Positions 11,886-26,061 are shown, numbered from the stretch's first letter. The stretch is DNA of 64,000 nucleotides from Macrostomum hystrix (GCA_950097015.1 CATNEN010000025.1:310001-374000); one strand, 5' to 3'. Program-made: numbers and translations. The notes: generated by a model not told the origin, from the sequence alone.

Positions 11886-13451
11886 CTCCCTACTTTCCAT
11901 CTCCCCGTCCTCACTGCTGTCAATCCTCCGGCCCTCTTCTCACTCTCTCCCAATTGCTTTTCTGATTTCTCTCATTTCTTACCCACCCAGCCAGTCTTTC
12001 AGCTCTAGTTGAATCCCAGCATTTGTTTCCTTCCACGTCCCCGATTGCTACTCGTATTCGTCCAAGCGTACGGGAACAGTAACGATTTTAACACGCCCGC
12101 AAAGTGGGGCCATAAACTGACAGCGCACTGATTTTCTTTCCTTATGCTGCCGACAATCACTCGCGCAACAGTGGGGGGGGGCTACTGACGCCTGCACTTT
12201 TGGCTGGCTTGCGGGCATTTTTTGGCATTAAAGCCACTCACTGGGCTGCTGTTTGTAAGCGCGCTTGTATTTTCTATATTACCCCCGCGTCCAGACTGGC
12301 ACTGATCACTGCGCAATGTCCCAATATCTCTCACGCAGCACCCCCCTCACTAGGCCCAGAAAATGCTGACAGTTTTCATTGCTCGGACTTCCGTCGAGCC
12401 AATCGAAAATTGGGCGGCTGGGGAGAAAGAAGAAATGGGATCTTACCCAACCTCCATATAGTCTTCCCATTTCTTGCCCCGCAGTCTCCACTCCATCTAC
12501 CCCCCCGTGTGCTTCATCTGCCCTCCTCTCCCATTCGCCCCTCGCCCTCCTCGATAAGCCAGAACCACCCCTCCTTCCCAAGCAGCAGCAGCAGCAGATG
12601 CACGGCAAATAAGAGAGTGAGGGCTATAGCTGGCCAAGCGTTCGCATTTCAGGCGAGTCTCATTCCCTTATTGCTGCGGCACCAGCAGTAGCAGCGGCAG
12701 CAGCAGCAGCAGCAGCAGCGGGACTCCCACCTCTTAATTTATCCCCTATCCCCTCTCCCTTGCAGCCTCAGCCTTCTATAGCGGCGGTCCTCAAGGAAAA
12801 GACGGTGGTGAGTGAAGCAGATTTTATTTTCTGCGCAAAGTCACATTTTTGTTACAGTTTTTTGCCTCTTTATATTTTTAAACTCTCAAGTTTGTCCGCT
12901 GCCGACCCTAACCTCCAACCATTTACGACCAACCATTTGAACCATATGTATATAGCTGCAACAGTGCGCACTTAATAAACTGCAGTTTGAGTCCCCGCAA
13001 CTGCACCTGAACCTGACCCACACTCATTTTCCCATTAGAACCCAGAGCCTCGCTGATTCACTGTCTTGCTTTGCCCAACCCACCCCCTCTGAGGGGCTTC
13101 TTATGAAAGTCTTCCAACTGACAATGCGCCTCCACCAATGGGCCTTGCAGCAATGCCTTTTCGCTTATCCATATTCTCTGCTTTCTCTTACCCTCGATCC
13201 TTCAGTCATATTTCAGTGACACTGTGGGATCCGGCTTAACTGATTGGGACAGTAGCGTCAGACAAGATTCGACCTGGCTCTGTCCTGTAGCCAAATAGTT
13301 CTCAAACGCAATAGCAGTCTGCTTCTCTCCCTTCTCTAATTGCAAAGCTCGAACAAACACAAACCAGGAAAAGGCCAGGTAAGTTTAATTGCCTTTAAGA
13401 AAGCTACAAAAAATATGAAACTTCTGAGAACTTAGTTCTTTGAAGACAAGG

Positions 13452-13955
13452 TTGTGTGAGTTCTAGATTGTGTGAGTTCTAGATTCTGTGAGTTCTAGAT
13501 TGTGTGAGTTCTAGATTCTGTGAGTTCTAGATTGTGTGAGTTCTAGATTGTGTGAGTTCTAGATTGTGTGAGTTCTAGATTCTGTGAGTTCTAGATTGTG
13601 TGAGTTCTAGATTGTGTGAGTTCTAGATTGTGTGAGTTCTAGATTGTGTGAGTTCTAGATTGTGTGAGTTCTAGATTGTGTGAGTTCTAGATTGTGTGAG
13701 TTCTAGATTGTGTGAGTTCTAGATTGTGTGAGTTCTAGATTGTGTGAGTTCTAGATTGTGTGAGTTCTAGATTGTGTGGAGTGAGAAGTAGAAAGGGTGG
13801 AGTGAGAAGTAGAGGAAGTGGAGTGAGAAGTAGAGGAAGTGGAGTGAGAAGTAGATAGGGTGGAGTGAGAAGTAGATATTGTGTAGTGAGAAGTAGATAG
13901 TGTGTAGTGAGAAGTAGAAAGGGTGGAGTGAGAAGTAGATAGGGTGGAGTGAGAA
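13452..13955. repeat. 16-bp minisatellite TGAGTTCTAGATTGTG (about 20 copies) followed by a 21-bp AGTGAGAAGTAGAGGAAGTGG-type array
   Basis: Direct periodicity; switch at about 13778. Confidence 0.93.
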
Positions 13956-14671
13956 TTTATTGATTAGTTAACAGGATGGTGTTGTGTAAAATAAGTACTA
14001 TGAGTTACAGACCTAGTTGCATTTTAATACAAAGTCGTGAGGTACTAATTTCTGGGATAGCTACTTTCTCAACTTCTTATCATCGCTTTATCAACTCAAG
14101 CCATTTGGAGATGTGCTCACATGGACTCACACTTTTCCCTTCTCTCTATCGGCCTGCGGAACTAAAAGCTGCGGTGAGCAAGGCGCGTCCCGGTACTCAT
14201 CATTGCAGCTCCGAAATATCTTCCCAGCATTTGGGAGCTTTTTTGGGCGGGGGCACATTGCCGACATGCTTTTAACTTTTAATCCGAAGCGCTGCGGGAG
14301 TCACTGGCCCGCTAGCTATATTTTCTCTACTCCCAAATCCAACTTTTCCCCATCTAACAGCCAGCAAATGCTAATGTCCTCATTTCACTCGGACTGCAGT
14401 GTCAGCTCCTCACCCCGCGTTGCCATTTTCTCCCGTCCCCCACCCTAAAGTCGGTGGAGACACATTTTGGAACAGGGCGGGAAAAACACAGATGCAGCAA
14501 GTGAACATGCTTTTAACAGTGCATTTATTCTTTAAGCATAAGTTTCATTTAGTTCAACCGCGCAACAAAATCTTGCACAAAGCCTACTCAAAAATATTAC
14601 TCCACTATGATCGATTTTTTGTTTTCGCTGAAAAAAAACTGATCAATAGTTTAACCCACAATTGTATTAAC

Positions 14672-14960
14672 TCTCCCTCTGACTCCCCTCTCCCACTGGC
14701 TCCCCTCTCCCACTGACTCCCTCTCCCACTGACTCCCCTCTCCCACTGACTCCCTCTCCCACTGACTCCCCTCTCCCACTGACTCCCCTCTCCCACTGAC
14801 TCCCTCTCCCACTGACTCCCCTCTCCCACTGACTCCCCTCTCCCACTGACTCCCTCTCCCACTGACTCCCCTCTCCCACTGACTCCCCTCTCCCACTGAC
14901 TCCCCTCTCCCACTGACTCCCCTCTCCCACTGACTCCCGTCTCCCACTGACTCCCCTCTC
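14672..14960. repeat. 17-bp minisatellite CTCCCCTCTCCCACTGA
   Basis: Direct periodicity; same family as 16105-18905. Confidence 0.93.
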
Positions 14961-16104
14961 CTCATTCTCCCACGCCCCCACTTCTAAAATCGTAGGCCCT
15001 GCATCCTCTAATTGGCTCCCACTCAAAAACTTTCTCGCAACTGGCCGCACTCGAGCCGCAATCCAGCTCTCAGCTTCTTTCACTCCACGCCAGCTCCCAA
15101 GTTCTTGCTTTCTTGAAGTTGGCCGAGCCTCTCGCGGCCACAGCCCAGTCCAAACTCGCAGATTTATCTCTTCGATTTGTCTATCCACTCGGAGCTCAAA
15201 GTCTAAAAGTGCACCAGCCAGGGGAACTCGATTTTGACCAGCAGAACCAGCGGCTGGCTGAAGGTTGTGACCAGCCGACCCGTGTCGGCCTGCCCAGTCT
15301 ATCAGGCTAAATTAATATTGATTAGCCTTCAGTGGCCCCCCTAATCCGAGACTGGACTCCTCCTTCTTCTACCCTTCGCCATCTTTTTCTTTGCTGCTGC
15401 TGCTGCTGCTGCTGCTGCTGTCTCTCTAATTTTGACCTCCTCCGACCAAATCCCGCCTGCCTCCGTCCGTCATCATTTTACGCGCCTCCCACCCCACCCT
15501 GTCTGCATATTTTTGCCACACGGCCCTCCCCCCTTTACCCTGGGCCGCGCGAGTTACTTTTAAATGAGGCACATACTTCGATTTAGCAACTGGCAGAGCA
15601 ACTACTCCGTCAAGAGGGGATCGAGAAGGGGCAGGGTGGCTCGGGAAAAAGCTCCCAATCGAAAAAACCAGCCAGACCAAGTTTCTCTCTATCAGTCTTC
15701 CCAACTCTCTCTCTCTCTGTCTGTCTGCGGTTCTCTCCCACAGGCTGAGCTGGTCCTGAATCGCTCATTTGTTTTAGAAAACTGCCCCCCTCCCGAAGCT
15801 TGCAGACTTTTAAGAGAATGAAGGAGGAGGAAGGGACGTTGTTGGACGGGTTGGCGGTGGCCCAACATTCCATAGGCAGGGGGGCGGAGGGAGGTTGGCC
15901 GCCTGTGTCTCGGCTCAACTCAAAAGTATCGATTTCCAAAACAGAGACAGGGCCAGAGACACAGCGAGAGACCAAAGAGGGCCGGCAAGTTTGGAAAGAA
16001 CAGAAGAAGATTAGAAATTGTCCATACACTAAACCGTGCTGAAGCCTCGGTGTCCTGCCGTATCTGGTTGCACATGTGCTTCGAAATCCAATGAGAACCG
16101 CACC

Positions 16105-18905
16105 CTCTCCCACTGACTCCCACTGAGTCCCACAGACTCCCCTCTCCCACTGACTCCCACTGAGTCCCACAGACTCCCCTCTCCCACTGACTCCCACTGA
16201 CTCCCACTGAGTCCCACAGACTCCCCTCTCCCACTGACTCCCACTGAGTCCCACAGACTCCCCTCTCCCACTGACTCCCACTGACTCCCACTGACTCCCA
16301 CTGAGTCCCACAGACTCCCCTCTCCCACTGACTCCCACTGAGTCCCACAGACTGCCCTCTCCCACTGACTCCCACAGACTGCCCTCTCCCACTGACTCCC
16401 ACTGAGTCCCACAGACTGCCCTCTCCCACTGACTCCCACTGACTCCCACAGACTGCCCTCTCCCACTGACTCCCACTGAGTCCCACAGACTGCCCTCTCC
16501 CACTGACTCCCACTGACTCCCACTGAGTCCCACAGACTCCCCTCTCCCACTGACTCCCACTGAGTCCCACAGACTGCCCTCTCCCACTGACTCACACTGA
16601 GTCCCACAGACTGCCCTCTCCCACTGACTCCCACTGACTCCCACTGACTCCCACTGAGTCCCACAGACTGCCCTCTCCCACTGACTCCCACTGAGTCCCA
16701 CAGACTGCCCTCTCCCACTGACTCCCACTGAGTCCCACAGACTGCCCTCTCCCACTGACTCCCACTGACTCCCACTGAGTCCCACAGACTCCCCTCTCCC
16801 ACTGACTCCCACTGAGTCCCACAGACTGCCCTCTCCCACTGACTCACACTGAGTCCCACAGACTGCCCTCTCCCACTGACTCCCACTGACTCCCACTGAC
16901 TCCCACTGAGTCCCACAGACTGCCCTCTCCCACTGACTCCCACTGACTCCCACTGAGTCCCACAGACTCCCCTCTCCCACTGACTCCCACTGAGTCCCAC
17001 AGACTCCCCTCTCCCACTGACTCCCACTGACTCCCACTGACTCCCACTGAGTCCCACAGACTCCCCTCTCCCACTGACTCCCACTGAGTCCCACAGACTG
17101 CCCTCTCCCACTGACTCCCACAGACTGCCCTCTCCCACTGACTCCCACTGAGTCCCACAGACTGCCCTCTCCCACTGACTCCCACTGACTCCCACTGAGT
17201 CCCACAGACTCCCCTCTCCCACTGACTCCCACTGAGTCCCACAGACTGCCCTCTCCCACTGACTCACACTGAGTCCCACAGACTGCCCTCTCCCACTGAC
17301 TCCCACTGACTCCCACTGACTCCCACTGAGTCCCACAGACTGCCCTCTCCCACTGACTCCCACTGAGTCCCACAGACTGCCCTCTCCCACTGACTCCCAC
17401 TGAGTCCCACAGACTGCCCTCTCCCACTGACTCCCACTGACTCCCACTGAGTCCCACAGACTCCCCTCTCCCACTGACTCCCACTGAGTCCCACAGACTG
17501 CCCTCTCCCACTGACTCACACTGAGTCCCACAGACTGCCCTCTCCCACTGACTCCCACTGACTCCCACTGACTCCCACTGAGTCCCACAGACTGCCCTCT
17601 CCCACTGACTCCCACTGACTCCCACTGAGTCCCACAGACTCCCCTCTCCCACTGACTCCCACTGAGTCCCACAGACTCCCCTCTCCCACTGACTCCCACT
17701 GACTCCCACTGACTCCCACTGAGTCCCACAGACTGCCCTCTCCCACTGACTCCCACAGACTGCCCTCTCCCACTGACTCCCACTGAGTCCCACAGACTGC
17801 CCTCTCCCACTGACTCCCACTGACTCCCACTGAGTCCCACAGACTCCCCTCTCCCACTGACTCCCACTGAGTCCCACAGACTGCCCTCTCCCACTGACTC
17901 ACACTGAGTCCCACAGACTGCCCTCTCCCACTGACTCCCACTGACTCCCACTGACTCCCACTGAGTCCCACAGACTGCCCTCTCCCACTGACTCCCACTG
18001 AGTCCCACAGACTGCCCTCTCCCACTGACTCCCACTGAGTCCCACAGACTCCCCTCTCCCACTGACTCCCACTGAGTCCCAAATGACTGTCCTCTCCCAC
18101 TGACTCCCACTGAGTCCCACAGACTGCCATCTCCCACTGACTCCCACTGACTCCCACTGACTCCCACTGACTCCCACTGACTCCCACTGAGTCCCACAGA
18201 CTCCTCTCTCCCACTGACTCCCACTGACTCCCACAGACTGCCCTCTCCCACTGACTCCCACAGACTGCCCTCTCCCACTGACTCCCACTGAGTCCCACAG
18301 ACTGCCCTCTCCCACTGACTCCCACTGACTCCCACTGAGTCCCACAGACTCCCCTCTCCCACTGACTCCCACTGAGTCCCACAGACTGCCCTCTCCCACT
18401 GACTCACACTGAGTCCCACAGACTGCCCTCTCCCACTGACTCCCACTGACTCCCACTGACTCCCACTGAGTCCCACAGACTGCCCTCTCCCACTGACTCC
18501 CACTGAGTCCCACAGACTCCCCTCTCCCACTGACTCCCACTGAGTCCCACAGACTGTCCTCTCCCACTGACTCCCACTGAGTCCCACAGACTGCCCTCTC
18601 CCACTGACTCCCACTGAGTCCCACTGACTCCACTCTCCCACTGACTCCACTCTCCCACTGACTCCCACTGAGTCCCACTGACTCCACTCTCCCACTGACT
18701 CCCACTGAGTCCCACTGACTCCACTCTCCCACAGACTCCCCTCTCCCACTGACTACCACTGAGTCCCACAGACTCCCCTCTCCCGCTGACTCCCACTGAC
18801 TCCCACTGACTCCCACTGACCCCCACTGACTTCCACTGACTTCCACTGACTTCCACTGACTTCCACTGACTTCCACTGACTTCCACTGACTTCCACTGAC
18901 TCCCG
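16105..18905. repeat. Modular minisatellite of CTCCCACTGA, GTCCCACAGA and CT(G/C)CCCTCTCCCACTGA modules
   Basis: 10- and 17-bp modules in varying order; source of spurious 755 and 906 aa minus-strand ORFs. Confidence 0.97.
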
Positions 18906-19022
18906 TGACTTCCTTTCCCACTTTCCCGATCTCTAAACCATCCATAGTTCAACAAAATTCTTCCAGCACTTCAGGACTCCGGCCACAGCCACAGCCGGAT
19001 CAAGCCGGATCGAACGGTTGCT

Positions 19023-19344
19023 ATGGGCAACAAACTTTGCGGTGCAGAGCGGGACGCAGCAGGGCATCAGCAGTTACATTCTGGCGGCGTCGCCGGCGGC
19101 GTCGGTGGCGGCCGTCCGCGCCTCGGCGAGCCAGGCTGGCACCCGAAGAAGGACACCCACCTGCTGCGCCTCTGGGCCGAGGTGTTCCGCGTCCGCGACA
19201 ACGAGTTCGGCTGGGAGCGAGTCTCTGACGACGTTGTGCCGATCAACATCACCTGCCTGGAGGACGGCAGCAGCCGGGTGTTCCAGATCACCGCCTACAG
19301 CAGGAACGCGCTGAAGCTGTTCGATGCGAGAATCATTCACCCGG
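19023..19344 (+). CDS. sif: sif exon 1: MGNKLC N-terminus and first half of EVH1-like domain
   Basis: [12 protein letters not shown]...[18 protein letters not shown]; donor G|GTGAGC at 19345; upstream acceptor candidates at 18947, 18966, 18974. Confidence 0.9.
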
Positions 19345-22300
19345 GTGAGCGGCTTGTGCTGGAGCTTGAGTTGAAAATCGCACCGAGATGCCTGAGCTCG
19401 AATCCGCGGCGATCTCAGGCAGAGATCTCTCCCGCGGCTCATCTCTCCTCTGTCTCATCTCTCCTCTGTCTCATCTCTCCTCTGTCTCATCTCTCCACTG
19501 TCTCATCTCTCCTCTGTCTCATATCTCCTCTGTCTCATCTCTCCTGTCTCATCTCTCCTCTGTCTCATCTCTCCCCTGTCTCATCTCTCCCCTGTCTCAC
19601 CTCTCCCCTGTCTCATCTGTCCCCTGTCTTACCTCTCCCCTGTCTCACCTCTCCCCTGTCTCACCTCTCCCCTGTCTCATCTCTCCCCTGTCTCACCTCT
19701 CCCCTGTCTCATCTTTCCTCTGTCTCATCTCTCCTCTGTCTCATATCTCCTCTGTCTCATCTCTCCTCTGTCTCATCTCTACTCTGTCTCATCTCTCCTC
19801 TGTGTCATCTCTCTTGCGTCTCACCTCTCCCCTGTCTCATCTCTCCCCTGTCTCATCTCTCCTCTGTCTCATCTCTCCTCTGTCTCATCTCTCCCCTGTC
19901 TCATCTCTCCTCTGTCTCATCTCTCCTCTGTCTCATCTCTATCTACAAAGTTTGTTAAAATGCTCCGCAATCCGCAGGCACGCCTCTCTACCAGGCTAAC
20001 GAGTGCTTCGTCCACTGGAAGGACCTGCTGCACAACTGCGAATGGGGCCTGAATTTCACCGCGCCCATTGACGCCAGGAGATTTCAGGACTGCTGTGCGC
20101 CTGTGAGTGCCGAGATGCTGCTCGCTGCCACTTAAGGGAGGATGCACTTTTAAAGTACATTGTGGGCTCTTGTTACATATTAGGCTCGAAAATTACGGAG
20201 ATAGGAGAAGAAATGGGAAAGAGAGTAGAGATAGGATACATAGGAGAAACGGGAGACAGAGGAGAAATGAGGAAGAAAGGAGAAATGGGGGAGAGAGGAG
20301 AGATGGGAGAGAGGAGAAATGTGGGAGAGAGGAGAAATGGGAGAGAGAGGAGAAATTGGGGAGAGAGGAGAAATAGGGGAGAGTGGAGAAATGTGGGAGA
20401 GAGGAGAAATGGGAGAGAGAGGAGAAATGGAAGAGAGAGAGGAGAAATGTGGGAGAGAGGAGAAATGTGGGAGAGAGGAGAAATGTGGGAGAGAGGAGAA
20501 ATGGGAGAGAGAGGAGAAATGGAAGAGAGAGAGGAGAAATGTGGGAGAGAGGAGAAATGGGAGAGAGAGGAGAAATGTGGGAGAGAGGAGAAATGGGAGA
20601 GAGAGGAGAAATGGAAGAGAGAGAGGAGAAATGTGGGAGAGAGGAGAAATGTGGGAGAGAGGAGAAATGGGAGAGAGAGGAGAAATTGGGGAGAGAGGAG
20701 AAATAGGGGAGAGTGGAGAAACGTGGGAGATGGCTGATATTGCAACAGAGCTGCTAGCAGGGTATGCAGGGAGTTCTAGCAGGGCTAGAAGCAGGCAGCA
20801 GCTACCAAAAGTTCATTTTTGGCCAAGTATGGCGCGAGCTTAGTGATGCCCAGAAACCCACCCAGTCGCCCAGCTCCATTAGAATTGTAAGGCGAGAGAA
20901 AAAAATTTCCGCTACCTCCCCTTGTCGGCTCCTCTGCGTGTTTTTCTAACGCCAAACTCCTTAGGCCAAATTAGCGGGACAGCCGGCACTCATGCACACA
21001 CCACACAGTCTCTCTCTCCAACTCGGCTGCGACCCGGAGGCAGCACGCGATTGACGAGCTGGCGAGTTGAACTGGCCAGCCTGAGGGGTCACCGGGGGTT
21101 AAGCAAACCTTGGGCCGAGTGACTCAGCAGGAGCTGCCAATGAAATTAGGAGGGCTGCATGCTGCTGATGAAAGAATGCGAATTGGCCACGGCAAATACG
21201 AGGAGTGAAATGGCAAAAAATATAAGCCACTTTAAGGCAGCAGAAAGAGATTTGGGATGGGAGACAGGGGATGGGAGACAGGGGATGGGAGACAGGGGAT
21301 GGGAGACAGGGTATGGCAGACAGGGTATGGCAGACAGGGGTTGGGAGACAGGGTATGGCAGACAGGGGTTGGGAGACAGGGGATGGCAGACAGGGTATGG
21401 CAGACAGGGTATGGCAGACAGGGTATGGCAGACAGGGTATGGCAGACAGGGTATGGCAGACAGGGTATGGCAGACAGGGTATGGCAGAAAGGGTATGGCA
21501 GAAAGGGGATGGGAGACAGGGGTTGGGAGACAGGGTTTGGCAGACAGGGGATGGGAGACAGGGTTTGGCAGACAGGGTATGGGAGACAGGGGATGGGAGA
21601 CAGGGGTTGGCAGACAGGGGATGGGAGACAGGGGATGGGAGACAGGGGATGGGAGACAGGGGTTGGCAGACAGGGGATGGGAGACAGGGGATGGGAGACA
21701 GGGGATGGGAGACAGGGGATGGGAGACAGGGGATGGGAGACAGGGGATGGGAGACAGGGGTTTGGGAGACATTGGCAGACAGGGGATGACAGAAAGGGGA
21801 TCGGAGACAGGGGATGGCAGAAAGGGGATGGGAGACAGGGGATGGCAGACAGGGGATGGCAGACAGGGGATGGGAGACAGGGGATGGCAAACAGGGGATG
21901 GGAGACATGGGATGGGAGACAGGGTATGGCAGACAGGGGATGGGAGACAGGGGATGGCAAACAGGGGATGGGAGACATGGGATGGGAGACAGGGTATGGC
22001 AGACAGGGGATGGCACAAAGGGGATGGGAGACAGGGGATGGGAGACAGGGTATGGCAGACGGGATGGGAGACAGGGGATGGCAGACAGGGGATGGGAGAC
22101 AGGGGATGGGAGACAGGGGATGGGAGACAGGGGATGGGAGACAGGGGATGGGAGACAGGGGATGGGAGACAGGGGATGGGAGACAGGGGATGGGAGACAG
22201 GGTATGGCAGACGGGATGGGAGACAGGGGATGGCAGACAGGGGATGGGAGACAGGGGATGGGAGACAGGGGTTGGCAGACAGGGGATGGGAGACAGGGGA

Positions 22301-25300
22301 TGGCAGACAGGGGATGGGAGACAGGGGATGGGAGACAGGGGTTGGCAGACAGGGGTTGGCAGACAGGGGTTGGCAGACAGGGGATGGCAGACAGGGGATG
22401 GGAGACAGGGGATGGGAGACAGGGGTTGGCAGACAGGGGATGGGAGACAGGGGTTGGCAGACAGGGGATGGGAGACAGGGGATGGGAGACAGGGGTTGGC
22501 AGACAGGGGATGGGAGACAGGGGTTGGCAGACAGGGGATGGCAGACAGGGGATGGCAGACAGGGGATGGCAGACAGGGGATGGGAGACAGGGGATGGCAG
22601 ACAGGGGATGGCAGACAGGGGTTGGCAGACAGGGGATGGGAGACAGGGGTTGGCAGACAGGGGATGGCAGACAGGGGATGGCAGACAGGGGATGGCAGAC
22701 AGGGGATGGGAGACAGGGGATGGGAGACAGGGGATGGCAGACAGGGTATGGCAGACAGGGGATGGGAGACAGGGGATGGGAGACAGGGGATGGCAGACAG
22801 GGGATGGCAGACAGGGGATGGCAGACAGGGGATGGCAGACAGGGGATGGGAGACAGGGGATGGGAGACAGGGGATGGGAGACAGGGGATGGCAGACAGGG
22901 GATGGCAGACAGGGGATGGGAGACAGGGGATGGCAGACAGGGGATGGGAGACAGGGGATGGGAGACAGGGGATGGGAGACAGGGGATGGGAGACAGGGGA
23001 TGGGAGACAGGGGATGGGAGACAGGGGATGGGAGACAGGGGATGGGAGACAGGGGATGGGAGACAGGGTATGGGAGACAGGGGATGGGAGACAGGGGATG
23101 GGAGACAGGGGATTGGAGACAGGGGATGGGAGACAGGGGATGGGAGACAGGGGATGGGAGACAGGGGATGGCAGACAGGGGATGGGAGACAGGGGATGGG
23201 AGACAGGGGATGGGAGACAGGGGATGGGAGACAGGGGATGGGAGACAGGCAAAAAGGACAAAGCTCAGGATAAAGTAGTTTTGCGCTAGACTTTCAAGTC
23301 AGCTCAAGAATTAAGTAGCCGTGAGAGCCACCCGGTGAGGTGGCCTAAAGTCGTTGCTTTGGTCAGCGGAAAAATTGAAGTTAGTGTTGGACAGCAGTGG
23401 ATTGCGAGGACTGGGGCTTGAGAAGATTAACGGGGGATCTCACGAACGGTTGCATCGATCGACAGAAAAAATCGATACGGTTGAGTTTGGTCCGGTCGTT
23501 GGGGCGGCAGGGGCAGAGACTTATCCCAAAAGCTGAGCAGTTGTATCGAACCAGTCATCCCCATTCGGATCAATTAATCCCCTAGGGAAGATGGTTGGGT
23601 AGGGTAGGGGCTGTGTCCATTAGCCATATGTGCGATGCCGATAATTTATTTTCTAGCTCCTGCGAATTTTTTTCCGAATTTTCTTTCTCTGCCTCGTCTC
23701 AAGACGGCCTCGTAAAATCTGTCGGCACTAAATCAGTGACCATTTTAATGACGCAAACGATTTTATATTTTCAGAACTACTCCAACTCGCAGAGGCTGTA
23801 CAAAAAGTCCGCTTCGTCAACTTCGCTGCGCAGCAGTCCGCAGAGGGTGAGCATTCTAAGAACTATTTTCCGCTTTTGCCAAACTCTAGATAAACTAGAG
23901 TGAAACCCCCAGTCGATTAGCTTCAGTACAGGATAATATACTACCGTTTTTTACTCCGATGACACATCCAAATTGTCACTCCAATGAGAGTGAGACCTCT
24001 AAATTGTCACTCCAATGAGAGTGAGACCTCTAAATTGTCACTCCAATGAGAGTGAGACCTCTAAATTGTCACTCCAATGAGAGAGTGCGATCTCCAAATT
24101 GTCACTCCAGTGAGAGTGAGACCTCAAAATTGTCACTCCAGTGAGTGAGTGACTCCTTTAAATTGTCACTCCAGTGAGAGTGAGACCTCAAAATTGTCAC
24201 TCCAGTGAGTTAGTGACTCCTTTAAATTGTCACTCCAGTGAGAGTGAGACCTCAAAATTGTCACTCCAGTGAGTTAGTGACTCCTTTAAATTGTCACTCC
24301 AATGAGAGTGAGACCTCTAAATTGTCACTCCAATGGGAGTGAGACCTCTAAATTGTCACTCCAATGAGAGTGAGACCTCTAAATTGTCACTCCAATGAGA
24401 GTGAGACCTCTAAATTGTCACTCCAGTGAGTTAGTGACTCCTTTAAATTGTCACTCCAGTGAGAGTGAGACCTCTAAATTGTCACTCCAATGAGAGTGAG
24501 ACCTCTAAATTGTCACTCCAGTGAGAGTGAGACCTCAAAATTGCCACTCCAGTGAGTGAGTGACTCCTTTAAATTGTCACTCCAGTGAGAGTGAGACCTC
24601 AAAATTGTCACTCCAGTGAGTTAGTGACTCCTTTAAATTGTCACTCCAGTGAGAGTGAGACCTCAAAATTGTCACTCCAGTGAGTTAGTGACTCCTTTAA
24701 ATTGTCACTCCAATGAGAGTGAGACCTCTAAATTGTCACTCCAATGAGAGTGAGACCTCTAAATTGTCACTCCAATGAGAGTGAGACTTCTAAATTGTCA
24801 CTCCAGTGAGTGAGTGAGACCTCTAAATTGTCACTCCAGTGAGAGTGGGACCTCAAAATTGTCACTCCAGTGAGTTAGTGACTCCTTTAAATTGTCACTC
24901 CAGTGAGAGTGAGACCTCAAAATTGTCACTCTAGTGAGAGTGGGACCTCAAAATTGTCACTCCAGTGAGTTAGTGACTCCTTTAAATTGTCACTCCAGTG
25001 AGCTAGTGACTCCTTTAAATTGTCACTCCAGTAAGTTAGTGACTCCTTTAAATTGTCACTCCAGTGGAATTGTCAAATCGCACAAAGATTTATCCAAATC
25101 GCAATGAACTTCAAAGCCAATAAAAAATGGTAACTCGACGTAGAAATTTGAAGAAAGAAAAAGTGGTTCTGATTTTGTTTGCGACCAAGTTGCACACCTT
25201 GGAAAATCTGAAATGTTATTCCAGGCTCAGTTACTCAAACCTAAGTGAGACCTGCAGCCACAATATTGATTGGATGGCGGATATGTGTGGACTTTTAAGG

Positions 25301-25776
25301 GCGACTCAAATTTATTTAGAGAGAATTCGACGGATAAAGGAAAGCGAAAGAGAAGGCGAGACAAACTGGGAGAGCGACGACCAGAGCGAAATCTGAGTAG
25401 GAATTCGAGTTCTCGGAAATTTATTAGTAGAATCAGGGACAGGGACAGAGATAAAGACAGGGATAGGGACAGGGACAGGGACAGAGATAGGGACAGGGAA
25501 AGGGACAGGGACAGAGATTGGGACAGGGACAGGGATAAGGACAGAGATAGAGACAGGGACAGAGATAGGGACAGAGATAGGGACAGAGATTGGGACATGG
25601 ACAGGGACATGGGCAGGGACAGAGATAGGGACAGGGACAGGGACAGGGACAATGACAGGGACGAAGATAGGGACAGAGATAAGGACAGAGATAGAGACAG
25701 GGACAGGGATAGGGATTGGGACAGAGATAGGGACAAAGATAGGGACAGGGACAGGGACATGGACAGGGACAGAGAT

Positions 25777-25808
<32 letters not shown>

Positions 25809-26027
25809 AGATAGGGACAGAGATAGGGACAAAGATAGGGACAGGGACAGAGATAGGGACAGAGATAGGGACAGAGATAGGGACAGAGTGGGGACAAAGA
25901 TAGGGGCAGGGACAGGGACATGGACAGGGACAGGGATAGGGACACAGATAGGGACAGGGACAAGATAGGGACAGGGACAGGGACACAGAGACAGAGATAG
26001 GGACAGGGACAGGGACACAGAGACAGA

Positions 26028-26061
<34 letters not shown>

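Larger units (their letters stand above)
9310..13384 (+). other. Candidate non-coding 5' exons of sif (consensus donors at 9310, 12808, 13379)
   Basis: AG|GTGAGT, TG|GTGAGT and CAG|GTAAGT in unique non-coding sequence upstream of the first coding exon, which itself has acceptor sites. No transcript evidence. Confidence 0.3.

Noticed and set aside
15610-23289. Very long repetitive ORFs (755, 906, 720, 704, 673 aa)
   Set aside because: They come from the 10/17-bp and 14-bp arrays and are open in several frames or on both strands, which indicates low-complexity DNA.
25270-25968. RD-dipeptide ORF resembling NELF-E or SR-like domains
   Set aside because: It is a (GGGACA)n hexamer tract; the nearest acceptor gives a stop in the phase needed for sif and no donor was found.
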